Below are positions 25,902 through 38,000 of a stretch of DNA of 64,000 nucleotides, one piece after another; within the stretch, counting starts at the first letter, position 1, and each line of letters opens with the position of its first letter. Source of the stretch: Paramecium tetraurelia (Eukaryota); the NCBI GenBank assembly GCA_000165425.1, contig CT868318.1, positions 399,067 through 463,066 of the forward strand. Direction: 5' to 3'. The translations under genes and the position numbers were made by a program. Below the pieces are notes generated by a model. That model saw only the letters and a list, made by a program, of their open reading frames with translations. It had not been told where the DNA came from and ran no database searches.

Positions 25902-26990
25902 ATGATTTAATGTATTTCAAGACAATCAAACATCAAAGTAATTAATCATAAATAATTAATTGCGAAAAAAAATAAAAATAATGAATCCAAGTCGCAAATA
26001 GTAGAGTCTCCAAAAATCGAAGACTTAAAATATTTAAATAGTGAAGATGCACATTCGCTCCAAGCATTAAGAGAAAACATACTCAAAAGCAATTCACCCC
26101 TCGAATTTATAAACGAAGCCTTTCTCTTTAAAAAATTTAGATTTAGCCTTACCTGACAAGTATTCATATAGATAAATTTACATAGTTCCATATCTTAGTC
26201 AAATACTTCATTTTAAGATGATAAGAGTTGCTGCTGTATTGATTGTGGCAATCTAAGCAAGAAGGTCAAAAATTTACAGAAGAAATTCACAGTGTTTAGG
26301 ACAGAAATGTCAATCTTGAAAAGGCAAAGATTAGTTAAGAGATTTCAAAATGCTGTTCGTTGCATCATATTTTTGAAAGAGAAATGGAAGAAAATCAGAT
26401 AATAAGAAAGAGCTAAAAGGCTATTTAGATTTAAAACCAAAGTCTTTGAGAATTAGCCTTTCTTTTAAACTTAATCACCTTCTAATTAAGCTTAATTATT
26501 ATTTCTTAATTCCTAACTTCAGAGTGAAGAAAAACAAGCTATAAACACATAACTTTAATCTATTTAAGTTAAAATTTTTGATTAAAAGAACAAATAAAGA
26601 TAATCAGTAAAGTTATATTTACAATAAAAACTGAATAATAAAAATGATGTGTAGGGATTGCTTCCTAAGTTAGATCATAATAGATAAAACGTATCAATAT
26701 CCAGCTCAATATTCAGACCAATAAGAATACTTAAGACTTTAGGGGATGAGAAAAAATCACTTCAAAAAGAATAAAATTTATCAACTTAAAATCCTTCAGT
26801 TGCTCAATCTCCTTATCTAAGCCATTTAACCCATTTGAGCGGAAATAAATAATAGGATTCCCAATTCTAAATCATCAGATCACCCAGATAGGTTATTAAA
26901 AGTTTTGCTTCAGAAACATTTTTTCCATAAAGCACTTAGAAAAATGATTAAAGAAAATTAATTGCTCAAAAACTAAAAAGAATAGATTGA
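25902..26990 (+). pseudogene. Ciliate-type hypothetical gene (CCCxxCG motif) with one internal TGA
   Basis: Single frame from ATG 25902 to TGA 26988, interrupted only by TGA 26154-26156. Contains SCCCIDCGNLS..RFQNAVRCIIF. Confidence 0.5.
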
Positions 26991-27029
26991 TTAAATTTGA
27001 TTAAAATTAATATTAAACAAGTTTATGCA

Positions 27030-28492
27030 TTTTCTGATTACCTTCTATATCTTTATTAAGATTGATCTATAAATATTAATATAGAATAATTTACAAGTAA
27101 ATTTATCTAGTACGATGACAGATCGAAATCTTAACCCAATTAAAAAACTGATTATAACATCAATGATTGGGAAGAGATAAAGGAAGATAAAATTCAAATG
27201 AAACAGGTAGAAAAAGACCCTAAAAACAGAATTATTGGAGTCTCTGATAATGATGTTGACAGTCTTAAAGGATATCTTTTATCGAATGACTATTGACTAT
27301 ACTTTATTTAAGGCTTAAATTTAATTGATTGACTCTGGATAAGATGGACTAACCATATACATTGTTAGAATATTCTTAAGTTTATACTTAATAATATTAT
27401 ATTTTATAACTAATAAATTGAAGAAATATAATATACATAATCTAGATCTAGCTTTAACTGGTCTCTACTATGTGAGTGCATTTTTAACAATGTTCTTTGT
27501 TACTTTTAACAATTAACAGAGATTCCTTATATCTGATAATGCTGAAGCCTATTTCTTTGCATTTTCAGCTGTAAACTAATTGTCATTAAAATTCAAATAT
27601 ATGTTTTTCTATATTTTATTACAATAAGCTGCATGGTTTGTTTAGCTTCTTCTACATGAACATAATAATTTATTAGTATTTATAGTGTTATCTACAATAA
27701 TCTTGGTAATAGTCTCACATAACAATTTTGAATTGACAATTAAAAATTTTAATAGCGCTGCCAATGAAAATCTGAAAAAGAGCAGAGAGATTCTTTACTA
27801 ACTCATTTATTGCCGTCTCGTATTTTAACAAGGTTCTATTAGAATAGCAAAATTAAATTGGAATTATCAGATGTTTTAATAGATGCAACTCTTTTGTTTG
27901 CTGATATAAGTGGATTCACAGCATACTCAGCAAAGTCTCAGCAGAATAAGTTGTAAAAATGCTCAGGGAATTGATGACATCATTTGATAAGGAATGTTTA
28001 TAGCAGAATGTTTACAAGGTATACACTATTGGTGATTGCTACGTTGTTTTGTGAATAAATGACATGGAACAAAGACATCCTGGATAAGAAGCTAAAAATG
28101 TCCTAGAAATGGGATTAGAAATGGTAGAAATTATAAAGAGAGTTAGAAAGGAAGTCAATTTCAAAGATTTGAATATGAGAATAGGAATACACACAGTAAT
28201 ACATTTAATTTATTAACTTTAGGGATAATTCTATGGTGGTATTATTGGAACAGATATTATAAGATATGACATTTTTGGTATTGATGCAGTGATTGCCAAT
28301 AAAATGGAATCCTAAGGAGAAGCAGGCAAGGTTATGGTAAGTGAAGATACAATAAGATTAATCAATATGCATTTTCCTGGAGAATATATTTTCACTCCAA
28401 ATAAAGAAGTAGACATTCCTGTTGCTAAGTAGAAGGTTTAGGCATATTTTGCTACAAAAACATATATATTAAATCCTCAAGATAATACTTGA
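27030..28492 (+). pseudogene. 5'-truncated, disabled class III nucleotidyl (guanylyl/adenylyl) cyclase
   Basis: TM remnants, then LFADISGFTAYS, KVYTIGDCYVVL*, MRIGIHT, RYDIFG..ANKMESQG. There is a -1 frameshift at ~27933 and in-frame TGA at 27294 and 28052. Confidence 0.85.
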
Positions 28493-28574
28493 TGACTTTA
28501 TTTTTAATATTTTTCTATATTTTTGGTGTTTCTATAATAAATTTGTTGATTATCTTAGACAAATAAATACTATA

Positions 28575-29396
28575 TCACTTTTTGGCAGTTCCATCTATTT
28601 ATGCCAACATCTGTGCCATCAATTTCTTAACCTCCATTGTTATCTTCATCATTAATAATGACTATTGTCTTGTATATTCCATGGATGCTTGCATTGAAGT
28701 TGAGATATACTCGATAAACTCAAACAATTATTGACTTTGCTTAACAGACCTATTGTTAATGCGAATTATAATTACGCGTATAATTCATCTTTATTTACTT
28801 TCTATTGTCCCTTGAAAATCTACTACATAAATTTATTGATGTCTTAATCATTCAATCTTTTATTTAATCCAATAGGTTTGTTTTCTCCCTTGCAAATCAA
28901 CACTTTAGAGATTCCTCTAAATAAGCAATCAATAAAAAAGAAAAATTCATCTGAAGTAATATGATTTGTCTTATCTGAACCAAAAATCACAGCGATGTCT
29001 ATTCTTATATCAATAGTTAGTTACTATAAAAAATTTAACTAATTTCTCCAGTTGACAGAAGAAGCATAACTGAAAATAATTCAGTTGCATCAATTCTTCC
29101 TATTCCTCTAGAATCAAATTATTAAAAAACTGTAGCCAAAGCTTACTTTTTATTGGAGATGGAATCCATTGCTTAAGATGAATCAAAAAATAGAGGCAAA
29201 GGAGCTTAGTTCTTTTTTGTCAATTTCTGTAGGATTGATTTCAATGTCTCTTAAGTCCCTGATATTATGAACAAATTTAATTACATCCTCCACAAAGTTC
29301 TTCTAAGGCTGCCAACAAACAAGATTATTCTCTTAAATTATTAAAGTATTATTATCTAAATTATGAGAAGGAAGTAGTTTCGAATTTTTAATACAT
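28575..29396 (-). CDS. EF-hand protein
   Basis: VFQQFDSRGIGRIDATELF..IFGSDKTNHITSDEFFFFIDCLF. Three short introns. Confidence 0.7.
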
Positions 29397-29679
29397 ACAA
29401 TAAATAAATTAATGAATTATATTAATCTAATAAGAATATAGCAAAAAGAATGATAAAAAAAATACTCATTGCCAATTCAATTTATTTTAATTCATCTCTA
29501 AATGTGTTTAAAGCAAATTCTATACTCTAAATAATGAATATTCATTAAATTATAATTTAAAATAAAATACTTCAATTGAGTGAGCATTTCAATTTTAGTG
29601 CAAACAGACTATTAAATAATGCATTATTTGATTTGATAAATAAAACTATATTATTTTCAAAAACACTTTCATAATATTA

Positions 29680-29989
29680 TCACTATTGCGAAATTTTTGG
29701 TCCTTGATAACCATACTTAACCCAAGGTGGCACCTAAGGCTTGCTAAATGCTTCAGAATTTATAAGAATATATCCTAAAGTAGACATTACCATAGCTAAT
29801 ATTAAAAGCAAAAAAAGAGAAGGTAAATAGTAAACATACTTCTAATCTGGGAAATAGTAATACGAATAATGATCTTCAGGCAGAAATGGCTTATTTATCA
29901 AAATTATTTACTTTTAGTAATAACCATGAACAATAATATATATATGATCCTACTATTAAAACCAATGCTAGCAATCCTAAAACTCTCAT
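29680..29989 (-). CDS. DPM2: Dolichol-phosphate mannose synthase regulatory subunit DPM2
   Basis: MRVLGLLALVLIVGSYIYYCSWLLLK^PFLPEDHYSYYYFPDQKYVYYLPSLFLLLIL matches the DPM2 pattern YY..W..L.PF....H....F; two TM helices. Confidence 0.8.
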
Positions 29990-30127
29990 TATATTAATTA
30001 AATAATAATGAAGATTAATAAATTCAATCTCGAAATTTATCAAATTATATTATAGTAATTAAGAAACTCAACGACCACTAGTTTTTGTAATCTAAATTGA
30101 TTTCTTATTCCCAAAAATAATAAAAAA

Positions 30128-30525
30128 TCATTTTAATTCTTCGAATGCTCGTTACAATCTTTCATGATTAATAACTATAAATTTCTGAGGTTCGTTTTAT
30201 TAAACTTAAACGAAAGTTTTTTTGTTTGTATTGTGATTAGATTAATTCTCAACTTAAGGTGTATTATTTCCATTAGGCAATAATTAATTTCTTCTCTATT
30301 TTAGATAGTTAAGCAAATTATTGATATTTGTTTTGCTTATATCTCCATTACTTTCCTACATTTCTAAATAGTTTAAATTACTTATTATGCATATTTTAAC
30401 ATTTATTTGATAACATCCTCTTAACCTCTTTTATACTCTGAAATACAATATTAGTAACACTCTTACATAAACTCATTTAAGTCTTTTCTTGTTATCTCAT
30501 ATTAGGCATTTAATTAAGGGTCCAT
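30128..30525 (-). CDS. Small hypothetical protein
   Basis: MDPQLNAQYEITRKDLNEF..YKRGQEDVIKQMLKYA..HERLQRAFEELK*, with short introns. Confidence 0.5.
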
Positions 30526-31153
30526 AATTTATAAGTTGTATATGTACTAATATTATTATAAACTACAAATTTAATTTTCTTAAGAAGCAATTAATAAAAT
30601 AGAAATTTGAAGGGTATTAACAACTATAAAATATATGATTGTTGTTCTTGTATAAATGGCAATTAATATAATGAATTTATTATTCGAAAGAAATGAAACC
30701 TCAAAATTAATTGATTTATATTCAGTTTATTTATTAAGTGTTTCTGTTTTCAATTCTAGAAATAAGAATAACAGTATTTATTAAATAATGTTTATTTAAT
30801 ACTTATATTTAATTAACATTAAATAATATTCGATCATTTTCGAAGCAAATTAATTATAATTTGCTTAAATAATGCTAAATATTGTTTCTAAGTTTGTTGT
30901 TTTATTAAATTGATATCAATATTTTCTAAAATGGTATTTTCGTATTTCTATACATTATCGGAAATAGTAATTTGAGAACATCTTTGAAATTGGAAGGAGA
31001 ATGAATTTTCAATAAACAGCCATATAATTTCATTCTGTTATACATTAGGATCAAGTGGTTATTTCAACAGAAAAACGCAGAAGAATTCGGATATTTAATG
31101 TTAAATGTCAATCTCAATTGGATTATTTATATAAAAACCTACTCAATTATTAA

Positions 31154-32845
31154 ATGGATTCAATTGACTATGGAGATGCGAAATTCAAATTTTTGGGAAT
31201 TAGAAAACACTTTTTTAAGGATGTTGCTTATCATATCACAGTTTTTGATGAGATAGTCATTATGGGCATAGTAGAGATTGTAAATTAAAATTAGACCGCT
31301 GATTGCTAAAATCCTAAATACAGAATAAAACTGACTCTAGATACAAAAATAAACTGGGAGATTAGTAAGAACAAGTAAACACTGGAATGCTTTGAATTTC
31401 CATACTAAAATAAGAAGAAGGTAGTCCATGCACAAGCAAAGGATTTATAAAGGTACTTAGGTTTGGTTTTATATTAGATTCAAAGAACTATTAGCTGGAA
31501 AAGTGTTATTTGAAGGCATAGGAGACTTATTTCAGCCTCTATTTTAGGTGGGCAAAGGAAGTTCAGCAAAAGTATGAATATCAACATGTGTTTTAAGGTG
31601 TACAGTGCAAGAAATGTTTTAGATAAGGAAGTGTATGCTGTTAAGGCAATTGAAAAGTCCTTTCTGAAGCTATCAGAAAATGGAAATGGAATGGTAATCA
31701 ATAAGTATACTTTAGTAAGCTTTTTAATCTGAAATACAAGTCCTAAGAACTTTATCATAATATGAACATAATTTCTTGGTTCTAAGTGAAATCTATGAGG
31801 GAGACAGTACTTTTTACGTGGTCACTTCATATTTGGAAGGCTTGAGTTTGAGTGGAGAATTAGAAAAGGCAAAGGTGTTATATAATAATAATTCTATAGA
31901 CACTTCCTTAGAAAAGACTACCAATATAAAGTATAAAAACTATAATGAAAAAGCTACTCACTAATTTAAAAGTACTTCATTCCCATCGAGTACATTTAAT
32001 ATTAATAATAGATAATTCATCGAGACTTAAAACCAGATAATTTGATGTTTGCACGAAAAAACGACTATTCTTCATTAGTTTTAGTGGATTTCGGTCTTGC
32101 AACTTCAGAACTATTAGATAAGTAATCAACTGGATCTATACAAGATATTTATTTCCGAAGTGTGGTACACCTGGTTATGTAGCTCCTGAGGTCTTAAGTA
32201 CAAGAAGTGATTCAAAGTACAATTGTAAAGTTGATATATTTTCTGCTGGCTGCATTTTTTATAAATTACTCACTGGACGTAGTTTATTTCTCGGATAGAA
32301 TTTTGATGAAGTCTTGAGATCAAACAGACATTGTCATATTGATTTAGACATCCCTTTAGATGGAATACACATTACAGATTAATCATTAGTATGTTATATT
32401 CAGTCTATCTTAGGATTTATTAAAAAAGATGCTGAATAAAAATGCTAAGAATAGAGTCACTGCTATTTAGGCACTGCAACATCCTTTTATAGACTCCAAT
32501 AGCGAATAAAGTACATAGGCAATATAAACCACTGGGTAATAAGTGATAAAAAATGCCATTTATCAATTAAATTTGGCTGAATTAGAATCTAAATACAATA
32601 GTTAAAATGATATAGGGGAGGAACAGAATTAAAAAATTAATGATTTAAAGAGATATTCCTTTATAACTGAGGTGCAATAGTAATAGATGTCAATGTCAGC
32701 CAAAAGAATGAGTGGCTAGTTCTCAGGCACCTTCTATTAGAAGGATCCATTATCGGCTGTGCGTACATTGAAATTATACACAGAAACCTCATAGCCCATA
32801 AAAAATAGTAGTCATTATTCACAAAATTCAGCTTCTTAATTTTGA
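31154..32845 (+). CDS. Ser/Thr protein kinase (CAMK-like) with N-terminal PH-like region
   Basis: [45 protein letters not shown]. Many 20-28 nt introns. Confidence 0.92.
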
Positions 32846-32879
32846 TTCTTTAATCTTGTATTTTAACATAAATTATTAA

Positions 32880-33610
32880 TCATTTATTTGACAAAGATTT
32901 TTGGGATCCTATGCTTTTCTAACTTTGCAATTCTTCCTAAGCAGCAGCCAAAGTAGTATAGTCTCCTTTAGCAGCCAAGATATATGCTGAAGCAGATGCT
33001 TATTATGAAATCCTTCTCATCATTTTTCTCATATCTTCTTTTGAGACAGGTTCCTTGTTATCAATTGATTTAAATGAGTTTGATGTTATAGGTGATACGA
33101 ATTTATTGAGTGTGGCTTATGCTTTTTCTGTAGAAGTGGTTAAGTTAGGCACAATCACTAAAAATAATATTTAGGTATAAAAATACTAGATTAACTTAAT
33201 TTGTTTCCTCTTTAAAACGCTTGTTGTTACTATTACTGTTTTTGCAATTCAAATTGCATTTCTTCATTGCATATTTATATTCTGTTTAATTTTTAATGAA
33301 GTGTCTCTACTTAATCTTTCAATTCCTAAATTGATTAATCCTTTAGAGCTATCTCATCCTACAGCTTTTGAATTTGATCTGTATCATCATGGATTGATGA
33401 AAACAAAGCAGTGCTACATGATAATTTTGAATCTTATAATTTGGTTTCTCCTTCTCTACAATCTTTAAGAGCTCCTAAAAGAAGATCTCTTCTCTTTTTT
33501 AAAACTGGTACTCTCTTATCTATTATCGAATTTTAGCATTCCATTTTGGAGATTAATTCCTACAAGTCATCTTAATATGTTTCTTGGATTACACCTAATT
33601 AATGGGCCAT
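32880..33610 (-). CDS. Coiled-coil hypothetical protein
   Basis: MAHQLGVIQETYQDD..QIQKLQDEIALKDQSIQELKDQVETLHQKL..; one intron. Confidence 0.6.
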
Positions 33611-34372
33611 AAAGTAAATAAAATTTAATTAGAGAATAATTTTGTGAGTTCACAAATTATTTCACTTAAATTATTACATTAAACTCTTCAATATCAATAA
33701 TAAAACAAACTTATTCAATGATTCTATTTAGAATAGCTTCAATAAAGAATTTTTAAATAATTTCATTATTAATCTTCATCTCTTCTTGATTAATCATAAA
33801 ATATATATAACCGTAAACAACATATGAATATTGAGATTAATTAATCAAAAAAACTACAAAGTATGTATGTAAATAAAAGATAATGAAAAATTAAATTATC
33901 TTAGTAAATTTCTTCAAATCATGGAATTATTATCATATCTTATAGTTAATTTTAATATATCATTGTTGTAATTATAGATAATTACTTAAAAATCGATATT
34001 TTACTAAAGATCATTTAATAAATAAAATTGAATAAATGCATAAGTGATGAGTTTTTGTTATGGAATTGTTTTGACTTTTGTTCAAACAGTTAAAATGAAG
34101 ATTTGTTTGGAAGGGAATTATAGCGAATAATTTATATTTGAAGTATTCATTAAGTATAATGGTTCTCAAAAATAAGAATTAATGTCTATGGTATTATATC
34201 ATACGAATAAATAATGAGGTTTTATTTGAATGTTATTAGATTATTTTATTTTATTCATTTAATTCTTATTCAATATAATTGCATACATTATATCAGTAAA
34301 TAACTAAATAGAATATTCACCATATTTTTGAATGTATCAAATGACAGAAATTTTTCATTAATTAAATTAAAA

Positions 34373-35545
34373 ATGTAAATCCTCTCATTGCTAGCCATCC
34401 TTTGTCTTCTAACCACAATTAAGGCAGCTTGTGAACTTGTAAATGGTGCATGTCCATCAGCATGTAATTTGGTCTAAGGAGAATGTGTTTCCTTGAGCTG
34501 TTTTGATTTTACTGCTAAATTGGGGGACTCTTAAACCAACCCATTCAAAGGTACAACAGCATATGTCGATGGCACTGTCGATCTAAATATAACCATAACT
34601 TATACCGATCCTAAATTTACAGATACTACTTTAAAAGGAATTACCAAAGAAGAAAATACAGAATCATGTTTATCCTTGAAACTCTATAATTATTAAGACA
34701 GCTCGAAACTGGTAAGAACGCAATCCAGTTACAAAATCAATAACATTAATGATGGTTCAAGCACTAGAGCTTATTAATTCACAATACCAAGCAAAGATTT
34801 CGTTAAGCAACTCCAAATATCAGATAATGGAACCAGTTTTATATTCCATGGATATTATAGTTTGGATTTCAGCATAGGTTCAAGTTTGTAAAGAGTTCTT
34901 TATTTTGACTTCCTTGCAGGAATAGAAAGAACATCAACTAACAATTTAGATACTAGTTTTGGAAGTTTAAGTTCAAAAGTGTAACTTGATTGTTAAGGAA
35001 GTTGTTAAACAACAGCTACTAGTACACTTCAATTCTGTGCTGATAAGGCATGCACTTAAGTAACTGATAAAGCTGACTTATATTTGAATGATGAAATATG
35101 GTTAAAACATACTTTAACTAAATCAGGAACTGAAGTTTATTACTTAACTAATCCTGAAATCTATTTTACAGGAGATAAACTTTTCAAAAAGGCAACTATC
35201 CAATAATCAAAGCTCAACTAGTAAGGATATTCTTTGTATTTGATTAAAGTTGAGATAGCATGGAGATCTGTAACTATAGTAGCAAAAGCAACCTTATCTT
35301 CAACAGCAGGTTCAACAAGAATATTGGATGAATAATCTAGATTATTATAATAGAATTCATAATAAACTTAGGGGCTTACTTCAGAAGTAGACTGTGTGAA
35401 GGATAAGGATTCTAACGAATGCATCGATTGTGATGAATCATTACCTGTTGATAATTATAATGATCCTCAAGAAGATGGATGCCCAACAGGTAGTAACAGT
35501 TATTTGATCTTTTTAAGTATGATTTTGGTTGCTTTATTCATTTGA
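34373..35545 (+). CDS. Secreted, probably GPI-anchored surface protein
   Basis: Signal peptide MQILSLLAILCLLTTIKA, Cys-rich N-terminus, C-terminal GSNSYLIFLSMILVALFI*. Intronless frame. Confidence 0.8.
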
Positions 35546-35629
35546 TCAATTTCTATAAATTTTAATATTCTATTTGAATTGCTATTAAATTTGAGAACAT
35601 TAAATATTATATATCATAAATAATTGATA

Positions 35630-36989
35630 TCAGATAGATTAGTTAATTATTTTCAAGCATTTTATGATGGAATGCAACGGAGACTGTTTCTGTTAATTCC
35701 ATAACCCATTCTTAGTTTAAAACTCAAGAGCACTCTAAGCCAATTCTATTGATTTCAAGAACAGAGCCTTGTTGATCTATGATATGTCTATTGCATTGCC
35801 AATAAATTCACTAACTGTAATCCTATATTGATCACTCCACAAAGCCAAAATTTAATACAGATTTGCTGCGTTCTCATTAGTAAATTTAAGATTGAGATAT
35901 TCTTCCTATGAGACTTCTAGCAATTCTATCAAAGGATTCAAAAACACTCTGATTTTTTGATTGCTCACATATGATTCTAATTTAGTTTAACCTGTGATCC
36001 ATGAGATAAGCAGTGTTATGATTTATTATAAGTCCTTCATTCCTTATTCGTAAAGATCCAAATAAAATTAATTCAAAGGCTTTTAACCTCTGTTTGGTCT
36101 CTCCAATTAATCTTACTAGAGGAAATCTCGAATTTACTATGAATTCCACAAGAAGAAATCTCTGTTCCTCGAATCCATTACAATAAATTAAGTTCCTAGT
36201 ACACACTTATATGCCAAAAAAGAAATCCAATGGTTAGTAACTCCAAGCATGTATGTTTGGATCAATTCTTCATTCTTTGAAGGCTTGAATTCTTTAAATT
36301 AATCAAATTTTCTAAGTTTACTCAATAATATTACTTTTATAGGGCGACTCTCTCATTATATCCATTGATTACATTGCCGTATTAAAAGAATATAGTGTCA
36401 TTCGTCACTAAGTATTTGACATCTTGTACTATTTCATTTTAAAATGTTGTTTTAAAAAGGGGTTTAGCATGTAAACAACTTTTCAAATAACTTCTTTCAA
36501 AATCTCCACTTTCAATGTCAGAATCTCTCCATGGCCAAGTAGTTGAATCTAATTAGTATTTGCTTCGGTATTATCTCAAGAAATCTTAAGTTCTTCTAAC
36601 ATAGGTCCAAAATGCTGCTATATCATAAATTAGAGGGGGGATTCTAAAAAACAATAGATTTTGCATTCTTACCTATATTTAATACTTTAAACACATTGAA
36701 TCAAATTAAAGGTTGCATGGTATCCACATAAATTAGGAACATTCTATTTATGAACTAAAATATGATGAAAATGTTATTTAATGGGGATGTATTCATTTTA
36801 TAATTCAACCACCCTAATTGTATTGTGAGTAATTGGTAAATTGGGTTCATTTTTAAAGTACTACTAAATCCACTAGCCTTATTTAGTTTTTTAAGAGTTT
36901 GAGTTCATGTAATTGATAAAATCATGGTGGTTTTGAATCTGTGAAACTATATTGAAAATTATTTCTTAGGCTGGATGTAGGTTTTCCAT
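35630..36989 (-). CDS. Putative papain-fold (Josephin-like) cysteine protease
   Basis: HKQNVPNLCGYHATFNLIQ..GVTNHWISFLAY..FIVMDSRN. Two short introns. Confidence 0.65.
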
Positions 36990-37175
36990 TAAATCAAATA
37001 ATCATTCCAAGTTATCTATTAAAGTATTGGACATCATCAGATTTTATTAGAATATGAATAGGAATATTTATAATATTAATTTCTTTCAACAAAGAAATTG
37101 AAGAGATAGGTAAATGGTGATACGATGTTGAATATAAATGTTTGCAAATTAAATGACATATATATAATATAAATA

Positions 37176-37988
37176 ATGATAATTTATCTAATTTTGATAC
37201 AATTAACATAAGGAAATTGGAATGTTCCCATCTAATATTCTTCTTTGTGCACTTGCAGTTAGTTAAGTTAACCAAATTTATGCAGCTCAAGTCAATTTTG
37301 TTAACTTAATCTGGATTTTGAATGCACAGACTTGCTTAATTATAATTGTTCTTACTTTAATGAATAGACTGTACTATATTTGTGTTCATAATTGGATAGA
37401 TGCGTTTTAAAAGATGGAAAGTGTATAGAATTGAATAATTGCACAGAACTTACAGGTTCAACAAATTAAGAATGCATTTAATAATCTAATAGATGCGGAA
37501 CATCCTAAAACAATATATGTCAATTAACAGAATGCAGCAGTTATTTGAATCAGAATGACTGCAACAATTCATTATTTAACATACGCTTTGATAATATAGG
37601 ATATGGGAGTGTTTGCTATTGGAATAATCAAAATTCATAATGTAATAATTTGCTATGCGAAAATGTATCTGTCGATTAGTGTTTATAATATACGAATTTA
37701 TGCTAAATTGTAAATAATCTGTGCACTTGGGCTACTTGTTAGAATACAGCAGCCGAGAATTGCAATTTTGTATGGGAAGGTTCTCAAAGAAATTCTATAT
37801 AGCCCTGTGTTATAATGGATGGCATTTGTCAAAATGCAAACAATGCCTAAGAGTTGAACAACATACAAGATTGCACTTAAAACACTTTATATACTTATAT
37901 TTATACACCTGAAAATAATTGTTAGTAATGCCAATATTCAAATTACCTTTATATGTAAATATTACTGTTCATCATATTATATAATTGA
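37176..37988 (+). CDS. Cys-rich 'mini-antigen'-type surface protein, probably GPI-anchored
   Basis: Signal peptide MIIYLILIQLTQG, periodic cysteines (CTCSQL..CIELNNC..CYWNN..C), hydrophobic C-terminus. Confidence 0.8.
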
Positions 37989-38000
37989 TAATAATTTATT

